DNA of 64,000 bases, from the NCBI RefSeq assembly GCF_041146345.1, contig NW_027191413.1:1612001-1676000 (forward strand), in the 5' to 3' direction. The notes beneath the pieces were generated by a model that did not search any database, was not told the origin of the DNA, and worked only from the letters and a program-made list of their open reading frames with translations. Shown here piece after piece: positions 13,597 through 26,000 of the stretch. The position numbers and the translations under genes are program-made. Numbering within the stretch: position 1 is the first letter of the stretch; the number at the start of each line of letters is the position of its first letter. The DNA comes from Neodothiora populina (taxonomy: Eukaryota).

Positions 13597-15052
13597 ATGA
13601 CTGCAGTCCTATCGCAGCCTCCAATGCCGTCTGGCCTTCTGGGTCGGCGTCGAGTCAGCCATTCACAATACTCATATGGAAACATGGACAACTTCATCGC
13701 AGAATATGGTATGTCTCTTGTCGACCGACAAGGAATCGCTATGGCGGCACCCGCGTCACAGACACAATATGTTTCACTTCAACCTCAACCGCAGTCAATG
13801 GGGCCAGAGTCGACGTCAATGGACTCCAGATTCCACTCAGTGCCAACAGGCACCATCATGCCGGAGATGATGACATTCGGAGAAAATTCCATGCTCACAA
13901 ATCCCATGTCGTTCACCAATCCTTATAATCTTGCTACAACTCTGCATGCTGGCATGCCGACGATGTGGTCAAATTACGAACATATGATGCTTCCCCCAGC
14001 ACCGACACATACAAGAAGTGACAGTCTCACAAGCCTCGAGACTTGCCCTCCTATCAAATCAGAAGAAGACCTATCACCAATACCTCCCAGCCAACTATTC
14101 TTTACAACACCTCCATATCCGTCTCATAGCGATAGAAGCAGCCCTCCTGTTTCGGATGATAGCAGAGCTTCCAGCTTCTCAACCGATGTCGACACTCTGA
14201 TGAAGGCCATCCAGAAGAAAACACAACCTACTCAGCCATCTGAGGTAGCGCCCGCCGCACCCTTACCGGAGATTACTAGCCCACCTCGATCTAGGAAACG
14301 ATACCAGTGTTCTATCCCAGATTGTCACAAGTCATTCTATCAGAAGACACATCTCGAAATCCACACACGGGCACATACTGGAGTGAAGCCATTTGTGAGT
14401 ATTTCACGCTGCACATCTTAGATATCATCGTCCACTGACCCCAAAATAGTTCTGCAAGGAACCGTCCTGCGGCCAACGATTTTCTCAACTGGGGAATTTG
14501 AAGACGCATGAGAGGCGGCATACTGGAGAAAGACCTTATAGCTGCGATATCTGTGGGAAGACATTTGCACAGCGGGGGAACGTGCGTGCCCACAAGATCG
14601 TGCACACATCTGCAAAGCCATTCACATGCAAGCTTGATTCATGTAACAAGCAGTTCACTCAGCTTGGCAATCTCAAAAGCCATCAGAATAAGTTCCATGC
14701 AGATACGATTCGAAACCTGAAGCACAGATTCGAAGCAATCATGGAGGGCGATGTTGTCTCTAGCTGGGAGAAGGACATGTGGGAATATTTTGGCAGTCTG
14801 TACAAAAACTGCAACAAGGGAATCAAAGGCCGAGGCAAGGACAGGTGTATCAGCAGTTCGGGGCTCAGCCTTCCTGGAGACATGAGTTGCCTGAAGGAAG
14901 AAGATGACTCGAGGAGAAACAGTTACTCGAGCATGAGCTCATTGATGAGTGAAGCGACTACAGCAGATCACAGTGAAGCTATGAAGGGGATGTTACCAGC
15001 GGGCAGCCTCGGATACCCGTATGGGTTGGCCTCGGATGGTCAGTCCTACTAA
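13597..15052 (+). CDS. AZF1: Azf1-type C2H2 zinc-finger transcription factor, 2 exons (intron 14395-14449)
   Basis: [13 protein letters not shown] block; four C2H2 fingers with [38 protein letters not shown] and [15 protein letters not shown]; followed by [16 protein letters not shown]. Confidence 0.9.
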
Positions 15053-18000
15053 CGTCCGATCAATCATTATTGCCTGGCGCACTTTTATCTTCTCCTTGTA
15101 CATATATACGAATATACGATGCAATGCGACATTCAACGACACAAGAATAGACTAGTAACAAGCCTCTTCCGAGATGGGAAGAAGGATTTATACTTCATGA
15201 ACCTTCCAAAACGTCTGCTCCTATTGCGGGCTATACATGTATCTATCGAGATTTTGTGTTGCTAGATGACCTGTAATTGTCACTCATAGATTACATCTTA
15301 TATACGACGATGTCTAGCACCTGAAAGCTCAGCTATATCTCAGTCGACGGTTGCCCGTCGAGTAATCTTGTATTGAGCTGCACCTCATGAAAAGACGGGT
15401 GATACGTCAACCGTGCGATGCTCGATGCGAGCAGACAGGCGCTTGATCTCGACACCCAAGCTATTGTAACCCACTTCCAACTACATTAAGACCCGTCCGA
15501 ACGGTATGAGCACGAACCAATTTCGCGAGTCAATCTCATGAACCAAATGACCGCCAAGACCGGGATCAAGATCGACGCTATGATCATACGATCTGACTCT
15601 ATATACTTCATGCACAGCGGGACAGAGCAATGGGTTGTAAACGGTCATACAGAGTTTACGGGTGGGCATTCAGTCCTGCTAGCGACTCAGTCTATTTCGA
15701 TTCAGAAGTTCCGTCAGACGGGCGGTAGGATTACAGCACAAGACCGAAGAAGAGCCATGAACGACAAGTACAGTAAGGTGTGCAATAAGGCATAAGCTTT
15801 TAGCGCCTCACTCATGGCACACTAGGGTCGACCTCGATACGGCTCGCGAATCAGACAGAACTAAGGCACCTTACCTTGCCTTATACGAGTATAGCCATCA
15901 CACCTATCTTTGCTCCAGATCGTGATCTTGGCTTGGGGTCTGAAGAACCCTTAGAAGATGGTGGAGCGAATTACAGGGCAAGGTACCTTACGGTCAGCAG
16001 CCTGTCCTATTGGTATGTCAAATTCCTCAATGAAATGATTGCATCGAGGATTTCGCCTTGCATCGTAGGAAGCAAAGTGAGCTTGAAATTTTCGGCCCCC
16101 TTGTTTTCTCGCCTGCCGTGCGTGAACATGTTTCGTACCACAACACACGAGATGCATCGCAATCAAACCGAGCCCTCTTGATTTCCCTGCGGCTCCTTAT
16201 CGACCTGTCTCACTATATGGGGAAGGTATGATCTACATTACCTGCATGGAGCGATCCGCGAGGCCGGTCCTCCTGAGATCAACCTGACGCGGCTCTAACG
16301 TCATGTCGCTACAGTACTCACATACAGTACTTTCATCTCGCCCACGTTCACCCTGCCGAGGATTCAGTACAACCAGCTTCTCGAGTTCTTACGACATGGT
16401 AATAACCCCCCACTTCGCAGAGTCATTGCTAACGTTCAAGCGTCTGAAACCCCACTCGATTCCCATGATTTGATGATATGCTGGTGAGACTAGAGGCTCC
16501 GCCAGCTATTACCGCAATTGAAAAGGGCATGAGACTAAGTATCTCCGGTATGATGCTCATGTATCATCAGACTGGTTGACAGTGTTGCATGGTGTGATTG
16601 CGCCCACCTCACTTACGAGGCGGACGCGAAGGTCAACTTACGTGTCACCACAGCGGTCTACCAGTATTTTACGGTGAATCCCTGGCCTAGCACTCGTCGT
16701 CTACACATCCACAAGGAACTACGCGCAGTGAAGCTAATGCAGCTACTAGTCTGGGGAAACCACGGGTACCGTCCACCGGCGTGCTGAAAGCATGGAGAAA
16801 TGATGTAGTGATGCTTGCGCGGCGTCCCGCTTCTTGAACATCTTGTTCTTCCCGTCCTTGTATTGGGAAATTGCTGTCGTATTCTTCGACCCACAGCATT
16901 CGTTGAATGGTGACAGCAGTCGTTGCCCTAGCATGAACCTCGTCCGACCTGAATGCGTGTGTTTTACAATCATCGCTAGTCAGGGCCTGACCGCGTTGGC
17001 CTGGCAAGAACGGGCTGGTACTGATCTGCGCGTGAAGCGAGTGAGTGTGCATCTGTACAGTTCCGGACTTCTCCGCGAGATCATCCTGTCAATGGCAAGG
17101 CGCTGACATGCATGATCACCCTTCAGTCATTCGCAACGACGTGCCCTGAATGTGAATCTGCTGGCTTCAGAAGGTTGTTCTAGCCGATGCTTTAGCTATT
17201 TCTCTGCATGCATCTCGCTTGCAAGCATCGTCCTCATAGACCTATTCCAGCATAACAGAACTTTATATCGGTGTATGAGCTGCGACACAAGATCACATCA
17301 AGGGGTTTTCCAGTGCCACTCAGAACAATCCTTGCGAGTTTCATCCTCTTCGACAGCCTGAAGAGGGATTGGCAATATGATTGAAGCAATTGCATGTTGA
17401 TCATTCTGAACAGACTACTGCACGCAATGGTAGATTACATTAGCTGACGTAGGCTTCTCATATCTATACATTTGTCTGATATTGCACCAAGTTACGCAAT
17501 CGACTTTCAGCCGTTGAGTTGGCTCGATATCTCCTTCAATCATGAGGCAAAGCCGTTCTCGTCTTCTTGAAGCATCGAGAAAACAGCTATTCCAGCACTG
17601 AAGCCATCTGACCTGAACCAGTCAAACATCAGTCCATCTATGACTCGAACGGAAGCTCAAAGAGTCTAGCGATCAAACTCGAGCCATGAGCATTTCATGA
17701 CCAAGCTCACGCACGAGGAGCGCAGTGATCTTTGAGGGCGATATCTCGTCAGTGGTGGTAGATGCCATCTGTTGTCTGCTCGCATGGAAGTGCCAGCTGC
17801 GATCCTACCTACCTCGCTCGAGTTGAGGAGCTGCGACATTTGCTCTGCCCCATTTATGGTCCATATGGTGGCGAAGGCGCGAGCAAGGAAGGCAGGCTTC
17901 GCGGTGAGGTTGCCCATAGACGCCACAGGGCGCAGGATAATCCTCGTTATTTCCTTCGCGCTGTTTCGCCATGAGCCCGGAGATGCCGTTCGATGACAAT

Positions 18001-19102
18001 ATTGCATGCAAAGCTGGAAAGGCCGGTCGGTTCAGTCTCACTTCGCTCCCCACCACGATCTGCAGAGGTGCAGACAAGATGGCTGACTTTAGCCTTGTCG
18101 ACGGCAGCTGTCTACTCGCCTTCGCTCAATTCGTGCATTAGAAGTGGGACGTGGTCAATGACAGCCCCACATAGTCGGGGGCACTGCTTGCATATGGCAG
18201 GACAGTCCTCAAGGATACCTTGAAGACTGTAATGTCCGTTTGCCGAGGTTGACGTTGCGCCCCTGCATCCATGTTGTGGTGTAGCAACACTCGAATCGAT
18301 ATCAAGTGGGCTCAAAGTAAGTGAAAATGAGAGTCAATATGAGAGCACTGAGCTGCTTACCTGTGGCACCTGCAACCGATATAGACCGCATATCGAGTAA
18401 TGAACGTAGGATTGCAGGTTTGGGGTCATGGCCATCGAATATTGCATGCAGCCTGTACATTTGGGGGATCGTGACATACGCACTGCTGACATGACGTCGA
18501 TACCTTCACCTGCCAGCAAGCGGATGAATCCCGTGTTCCGTTCTTACATACATGGGATCGACATTCATCCGATTGGGGCATTATAGCTCTACACTTTCAT
18601 AATTGTGGTATCACGCAACACAGTTTAATCACCCGCGGTTGCCCAGACTTGCAGAGGAAACTTGAACAAGTGATGAGAAAACATCCATAGGGGCTACCCT
18701 ACGATCGTCTTCTTGTCCTATAGACATGATGGGCCTGGTTGCGAACGCGAAAGCGATGGGTATGGCACCAGACTATGCCATAGAAGATGGCTTGAAGCTC
18801 AGTCGGCATGTCCAGATACAGTCAAGTGGTCTGTACTCCCGTAGTTGGTCAGGTCTTGCCAAGACATGGTCGCATCGGCAACGTCGAATGTTTACCTCGT
18901 CTTTTTGTCCTCGATTAGTCGTCATTCTCGGCAGCGCAAAAAAGCCCGCCCATTCCAGTAAAGCATCTTATTCGTACCCGATCACACTCCATTCCAAGCA
19001 CTACACACTCTTCAGCAAAAGGACATTCCGAAGAAAGAGGGCCTGATTTCCACCCGCATACATCCAACATCATCAGCACGTCAAGCATCTTTTCATCAAG
19101 AC

Positions 19103-19636
19103 ATGAGCTCCAATATCCTCAGTGACCGCGACGTCAACCAAATCATGCAAAACGAACAACCCTCGAATCCTTTCATGAGCAAGCCGTCAGGCGAAGGCGA
19201 CAAGCCCAAGAGCATGGATTACCATCGCCAGATGATGGAGAAGAAGCTGCAAGAAAGTCAAGGGTAATGCGCCCCATCCTCTCAACACACAAATAACGAA
19301 ATAACTCGTGGAAACCCATCGGCTAACAGGCCTTTTACTTTCTTTCCTACAGTCAATCCGGGCCAGCATATGTATCGCCATCCGACGCAATCATGAGCCC
19401 TGCCAGCCAGAAGTTGTCGAGCTTCAAGCAGAGACAGATGGACAAGAAGTAAGTGTGCTGAAGTCCAAGTTTGAGTCTCCTACGCGAATATGTGGACTCG
19501 ACCACTAATTCATCTCTGTGTGAACAGCATGGGAGGCGCCCCGGTCAAATCGTCACGCTCACTATTCCAGAGCATCAGCAGCGCGCGCGAGAAGGAACTC
19601 GGATCGACCGACGAGCAACAAGAGAAGTCCGAGTAG
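19103..19636 (+). CDS. SPO12: Spo12 family mitotic-exit (FEAR) regulator, 3 exons; absent from the ORF track
   Basis: Manual splicing (phase-2 introns GTAATG..TACAG and GTAAGT..AACAG) gives MSSNILSDRDVN...KSMDYHRQMMEKKL...YVSPSDAIMSPASQKLSSFKQRQ...RSLF...EKSE-TAG. This contains the Spo12 SPSDxxxSPx(S/T)xKL motif. Confidence 0.88.
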
Positions 19637-20277
19637 GGACTGATGTTGCAAACAGTATGGCTGGGCATGTCCCGAGTCTAGCCGACAGCGTTTTGTCGCC
19701 TCGATCGGATCATGTCAGGTTTTGTATTCATATTATGGACTTGTGTTACGGGTGGGGGAGAGGTCGCACTCTTTTTTTTGGCGTCACGGTGGATCTGGTT
19801 ATGATATGCAGGCTCGACATGCGGCTCGAGGAAATGGGTTTATTGGGGGCGGTCAGTCAGCCCTGAAGATGGGAATCATTGCTGCAGGCGGGATTGGCGT
19901 TTTTCTTCTTTTCTTTCTCACTCGAATGCCGTGTGGCTGGCCATTCCTTACCCACGACAGCTTTGGATATCTTTACTCGGGCATGAATGACAAATGATGG
20001 GGGGGATTTTCGATTATATGCTCCAGAGTACTGTACGTTCCATCACTGGGAAAGAGGCGCGGTACAATCAAGTCACAATGGGTCCAGAGTGCACGGCAAT
20101 GATTGAAAACGATGCGCTTCTGTCTTTGAATGCATATTCTATAGGTATCAATCTTTCCCTAATTCTTTTTAGTTGTCCCCCCAGAACGTGAGAGAGGGGA
20201 AAAAAAACGCCAGCACAGCCAAACGCCTTCGCCGAAAAGTATGCTTGAAGCCCCGGTCAGCAGAACGAAGAGAAAAT

Positions 20278-21324
20278 CTATGCGAACAGGACCTTCTCGT
20301 CGAGGTCATCCTGCTTTCTCTTCCTGCCACCCTCGGACTTGAGGCCCAGGTCACCCTTCTTGGCCCGTCTCTCGGTCTCCTGCTCCGTTCTCCTGCTGAA
20401 TTTGCTCGCGCGCTCCATCCTGACCTCCCGTCTGACCTGGTTGGGCGAGACGAATTCCTTGTTCTCGTAGATGATGGGACCTCCGAAACTGGACTCTTGG
20501 ATGACGATGGGAGTGAGCACGAAGCGGGGACCGATCTCGACAAGACTCAATTTGGTCTCGGCGCCCTTGAGGTTCTTCTTGCTTGTGGGAGCGGCTGCTT
20601 CTTCTTCTTCTTCGCCTGGCACGGCGGCGCCGTTCAACTCGGAAATGGGCGCGTGTTTGCCGCCTGCCTCGGCCTCGTTGACTTGGTAGCATCTGATCCA
20701 GACTTTGCCGTCGGCGACGGTGAAAGCCATGACGTGGTCGACGAAAGGCTTGGCCTTGCGCGCGCCCTTGGGGACGCCGAAGGTCTGGGTGAGCAGCTCC
20801 TTGATCAGCTTGAGGTGCGGCTGGGTGTCGAAGGTTGCGTCAAAGGACAGGATGGGGCGCGAGCCCTTGAGGCAGTTTCCCGTGAAGTGCAGTTCCTCCA
20901 TGGTGTGCAGGTTCTGCAGGTGGAACTTGACGGTGGGGCCGTTGGGCGGCTTGCTCATCCACACGTACAGATCCTTGCCCTTGCGGGCCTCGAAGAAGAA
21001 GACATTGTTGCAGTTGTACAGGTCCGCGAGTTCGTTCAGCTGGTAGAGTTTTGTTTTCGTGTCGAGTTTGGCGTCTTTGCGACTGTGAGGAAGGAGGGAG
21101 TAGAGGTCGTTGAGGAGGTGACGGTGACTGTTGAGGGGAGAAGGTCAGTTTGGTTGGTTCTGCAGAAAAAGATGCTGCGTGCGCGACTCGACGTACCGGT
21201 ATGTTATACCTCGCGAAGAAAGTATCAGCACTCTCTGCTTGTTCTTTGGGCCATCAGCAGCAGACCCAGCCTTGCCGGTGGCAGCGCCGTTCGTCTTGGA
21301 AAGCGACTTGTAGACAGCAGCCAT
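20278..21324 (-). CDS. BRX1: Ribosome biogenesis Brix-domain protein Brx1, 2 exons
   Basis: MAAVYKSLS...KQRVLILSSRGITYR|HRHLLNDL...; KPPNGPTVKFHLQNLHTMEELHFTGNCLKGSRPILSFD; EIGPRFVLTPIVI. Confidence 0.96.
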
Positions 21325-22323
21325 TGGTGGTGAGTTTGGTGGATGATTGGATGATTGTATGTGGAATGCAGATAAATAAAATATTGCAGTAAATGGAAAT
21401 CCTGGATCAAGATCGAGTTCGCAGATAAGATAAGCCGATCTCGACACGACAGCCTTGGCCTTGGCATCCCCACGTGCATGTCGTGCACGGCTCTCTTCAG
21501 TGTTGCTCCCCGCGCGCCGCATGCTTTTACCTCGTCGTCTCGCTACCTTTGTTGCAACATGTACAGTGTCGCTAGTCCATGGTGAAGGCACAGGCAGGTA
21601 GGGTACCTTACATGAGCGCGGGATCGCCTACAGTTCATGTGCACATCCGAGTGGGCGGATATTCATCCTCTGAAAGGTGGAAGATCTCCTGCGGTTTCCC
21701 AGTCCGAGTCAAGCAAGACCCTGCCTTCTTGGGGAGATGATCCTCCAACACGAAGCTCTCTTAGGGACTAGATCGCAGGCGCCAGACAGAGGACATTGCC
21801 TCACTCTACGTGTTTCGTACAGCGAGAACACCTTCTAGAGATCTAGGGAAGACCGAGAGCTCCAAGCCTGGTACGAAGCGAAGAAGCCAGAGCATGGCTA
21901 AGGAAAGTTGTATCAAAGGAGAGCCACAGTTGATGCCGAATGTACGGCAAGGTACAGTACTTATCGCGTACCCTGGAATGATGACAGCGAGTCAAAAGTA
22001 AAGGCAGCGCCAGAGGTTCGCCGCAGCTTGCAGAAAGCACGGAGCAGAGAGCAAAATGTCGACATAGTTGTATGGCAAATACCTTATGCCACATCATAAG
22101 ATAATGGCATTCATGTAGAAAATGCGCGTGACGCGCCGGTGAATAACCATACAAATGGTATACAGTAGATATACAGCATTCAACACAGTGGACAATAATA
22201 GGATCCGTGCGGTATAACAATTACCTACAGCACTCGGGTAGAACTAGTCCTCGCCTTTCCGCCCATTCACTAGTGGTAGGGTACAGTATATCCGCTCCAG
22301 TACGGAGGACATGTACCGTAAAC

Positions 22324-22367
<44 letters not shown>
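22324..22367. repeat. (GTCT)11 tetranucleotide microsatellite in the BRX1/INO80 divergent intergenic region
   Basis: Perfect GTCT run counted directly. Confidence 0.95.
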
Positions 22368-22369
<2 letters not shown>

Positions 22370-22610
22370 GTGTGGAGCGTGACCGAACTGCTCCCTCAGA
22401 AGTCGTTGACCGAATGCCTCCGCCTACTTTGCCTTACCTCACGCCGCCAGCCAATCCTTTGTAATCCCAAAAACCTCCTTGCTCATTAGCGACATCTTCC
22501 CCATCATCACACGTTATCATCATCTCGATCCCACTCTTTCCCGCCTTCACCACCCTCGTCCACACTGCTTCCATCCCCAAACTCCATTTCTTGTTGCTAT
22601 ACCATTTTGC

Positions 22611-22634
22611 CATCACCACCACCACCACCACCAC
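22611..22634. repeat. (CAC)n trinucleotide run upstream of INO80
   Basis: catcaccaccaccaccaccaccac read directly. Confidence 0.8.
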
Positions 22635-23040
22635 CCTGTTTTCCCCATCACCACTGCCTACTCGGCCAATAAAAAGAGCCTTTTCGGCACCACATCTGTG
22701 TAGAAAAAGAAAAACACTTCGCGCCACCACTTCGATCGACGAGGCGCTATAAAGGCGACCAGATAGACCTGCGCTGATGTTTACGCGCCAATATCTTTGC
22801 TGTCACGACAAACACACTTGCTGATTGCGCTGTCGCCGCGCCAATCGAAGCTTCATCCACCGAAAAGGGCAGGCCAGCTTAGAAACACACCCGACAAGAC
22901 CACACCACACTGGACCAGATACAACACATCCTTTTTGCTGCTGCAAATGCTTGCTGCATAGGGTCAACATTACACTGCCTGTCCGACAGCTGCCCGCTCT
23001 CTCCAGTAGTGTGATTGTCAACCACTAGCCCTCTGCTGCC

Positions 23041-26000
23041 ATGTATCCCAGAGACAACAACAGAGCGCACGATTACGCTCATCCCACAGCGCAGTCTCCA
23101 ATGACAACGCCTCAGGCTCACTCGCATCAGGACCACTTGACCAGACCGCGGATGCCTGAGTACACTGCTCCGCCGCCGCTCTCTCCTCGTTACAATCGCA
23201 GTCATCCGACATCGCCTTCCATTGCTCGCATACCGCCTCTGTCCAGCCCATCTCGGCCGCGCGATCGCACTTCGTCCGGATACTACGATCCTACCCAGGA
23301 GTCTCGGGAAAGAGCTGCAGAATATACTCGACCTGCATACCAGCCTCGCTCCCCTGCGCATGTGTGTCATCGCTTCGTCAAGCCCTCTCGAATCATAATC
23401 TCATTGGCTGACAAATGAATTAGAACAACACTCACTCAGAATCGCTTCGCGAACAAAACCCCTATCTGTACGATACCACACCTCTTAGATCGCGTGGCAC
23501 CAGCCAATCTTCACATGTGGAGCCTTCACCTTATGCGCATTCTACGCCCTACGCCGCCACTAATGGTCATCGCCCGCCATCGCCTTCTTATTCCATGAAC
23601 AGAGGCGCGAGCGCCGAGGATCGCAGACCCAACAATGTTCGTGTACAGTGCTTGAATTTGATGTCTTGTGATCTGACGTGCGTCTTAGCCTCCGCCTGCC
23701 CCTGCGCGCTCCTCAAACCCGATGTCTGTTATGAACATGCTATCAGATGCCCCTGCTGCCGCACCGCCCCCTGCACCTGCCGCTCCACCGTCGCCTGACA
23801 AGCCTGTCCGTGAAGCCTTACCGCCGTGCGTTCCGACCCCGCCAGTCGTCAAAGTCGAGCCTGTCTCCAAACGCGCCGAGCCCGAAGCCGTCGTTACCAA
23901 TGGCACTCACACCCAGAGTCGCCGTAGCAAGCACGAGCGCGCCGCCGATCGCGATGTACCAGTCGTCCCAGTCGCCGAACCCGAACGCCCTGCCAGCCCT
24001 CCTTCGGTAGCCTCTGTGTCGCAGCAGCTAGCCATAGGTCCCCCTGGTCTCACCGTGAGAGCGACAGAAGAAGCTTTTGCGACGATTATGGACAGAGCGG
24101 ACACTAGCGATCTCGAAGAGCCTGGGTTCGAAGCAATGAAGGATCAATGGTACAAGAGAAGCAGCAAACGCGCGGCAGAGACCGAGGCCAAAGAGAGCGA
24201 GAAGCGAAAGGTAAGTGAACCAGGTGGGTTACGCTGTTGATACTGCGCTCACATCAGACTACAGCGACGTCGCGTCAATCTCTCCCGAAAGTATTACGAC
24301 ATCATGGCCACCAACGCGATCCTCGCGAAAGAACAGTTCGTCGTGGCGCACGAGAAACAAGCCGAAGAGGAAGTCCGCATCAAGGATGTCGAAGACGAAA
24401 AGGAGCGCAAGAAGGACATGCAGCGTAAGCGCCGCAGGGAGCGCACTCTACAAACCGAAAATGCCAAGCGCGACGAAGCCATCAAGAAACTGGAAGACCT
24501 GGATGACGATGAGGAGAGGGAGAAGCTCATCAAGGAGGTGCAGAAACACGGTAAGAAGATACGAACTACGCAAGACCTCCTATCAGGGCGGAGCCCCATT
24601 AAATACATCCGCGATGACTCTCCCGCTGGCCCCAATCTGGAGGGTGGCACTATGTCGTCCTTTCAAGCTAATGACGACCCTGCCGCAGACTCCAAATCCA
24701 AAAAGGCCGCCAAGGGCTATCGCCCGAGGAAGAGTAAGCAGCAGAAGCAAGCCGAAAAGGATAATGCTGCTGCGGGCCAGGCGTATTTGGACCGTGGCGA
24801 TGAGCTTCCGGCCATTGCGCCAAAGGATGAGGCAAGACTCAAGAATCTCCTACCCGTGAGAGACTCCAGCGAGACGCAAGACGACGTCTCGGTTGATGAC
24901 ATGTCTCCCGAGGAGAAGTCTATGGATCAGCTATACCGCGAGGTGTGGAAAGAAGTCACGTCCAGCGTCGCCAAGGTTGCGCGGAGCAGGGTCAACGCTC
25001 TGGACGTCAAGCAGGGCAACATGCGTAAGACTGCACAGCTGGCATCCAAGGAGGCGCGTCGTTGGCAACTGCGCACGAATAAGAGCACCAAGGACGTCCA
25101 AGCTCGGGCGAAAAGGAGCATGCGTGAGATGCTTTCATTCTGGAAGCGGAACGAGAGAGACGAGCGTGATCAGCGCAAGATAGCCGAACGACAGGAGCTC
25201 GAGAACGCGAAGAAGGCTGAGGCCGAGCGTGAGGCTAACAGACAAAAGCGCAAGCTGAACTTCCTGATTTCGCAAACCGAGCTGTACTCCCATTTTATCG
25301 GCAACAAGGTCAAGACTGATGAGATCGAAAAGTCTACCGATGACGTTTCAGCCGCTGCTCGGACGGGTCATGCAGCACGGCAGACTGCACACAGAATAGA
25401 CATGCCCACGGGACAGGTCGGAGCAAAAGTTACCAATTTCGAGGACCTCGACTTCGATGCCGAAGACGAAACTGCCCTACGGCAGGCCGCGATGGCCAAC
25501 GCTCAGAATGCGGTGCAAGAAGCACAAAACAGAGCTCGTGCTTTCAACCAGGACTCGAATGCTGAAGGTTCGGCCATGGCACAATTTGACGATGGGGAGA
25601 TGAACTTCCAAAATCCTACCAGTCTCCAGAGTATGGACATTGCTCAACCTGGCATGCTTACTTGTCAGCTCAAGGAGTATCAACTGAAAGGTCTCAACTG
25701 GCTTGTCAATCTCTACGAGCAGGGTATCAACGGTATCCTTGCCGATGAGATGGGTCTCGGCAAGACGGTCCAGTCGATCTCCGTCATGGCCTACTTGGCT
25801 GAGGTCCATAACATCTGGGGACCTTTCTTGGTTATTGCTCCCGCATCCACACTCCACAATTGGCAACAGGAGATTGCGAAGTTCGTTCCTACACTGAAAG
25901 TGTTGCCATACTGGGGCAATGCTAAAGACCGTAAAGTCCTGCGCAAGTTCTGGGATCGCAAGCACATTACCTACACCAGGGAGTCATCTTTCCATGTATT

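Noticed and set aside
20173..21333. 386-aa ORF antisense to BRX1
   Set aside because: It mirrors a strongly codon-biased gene and has no recognisable motifs; a typical antisense shadow ORF.
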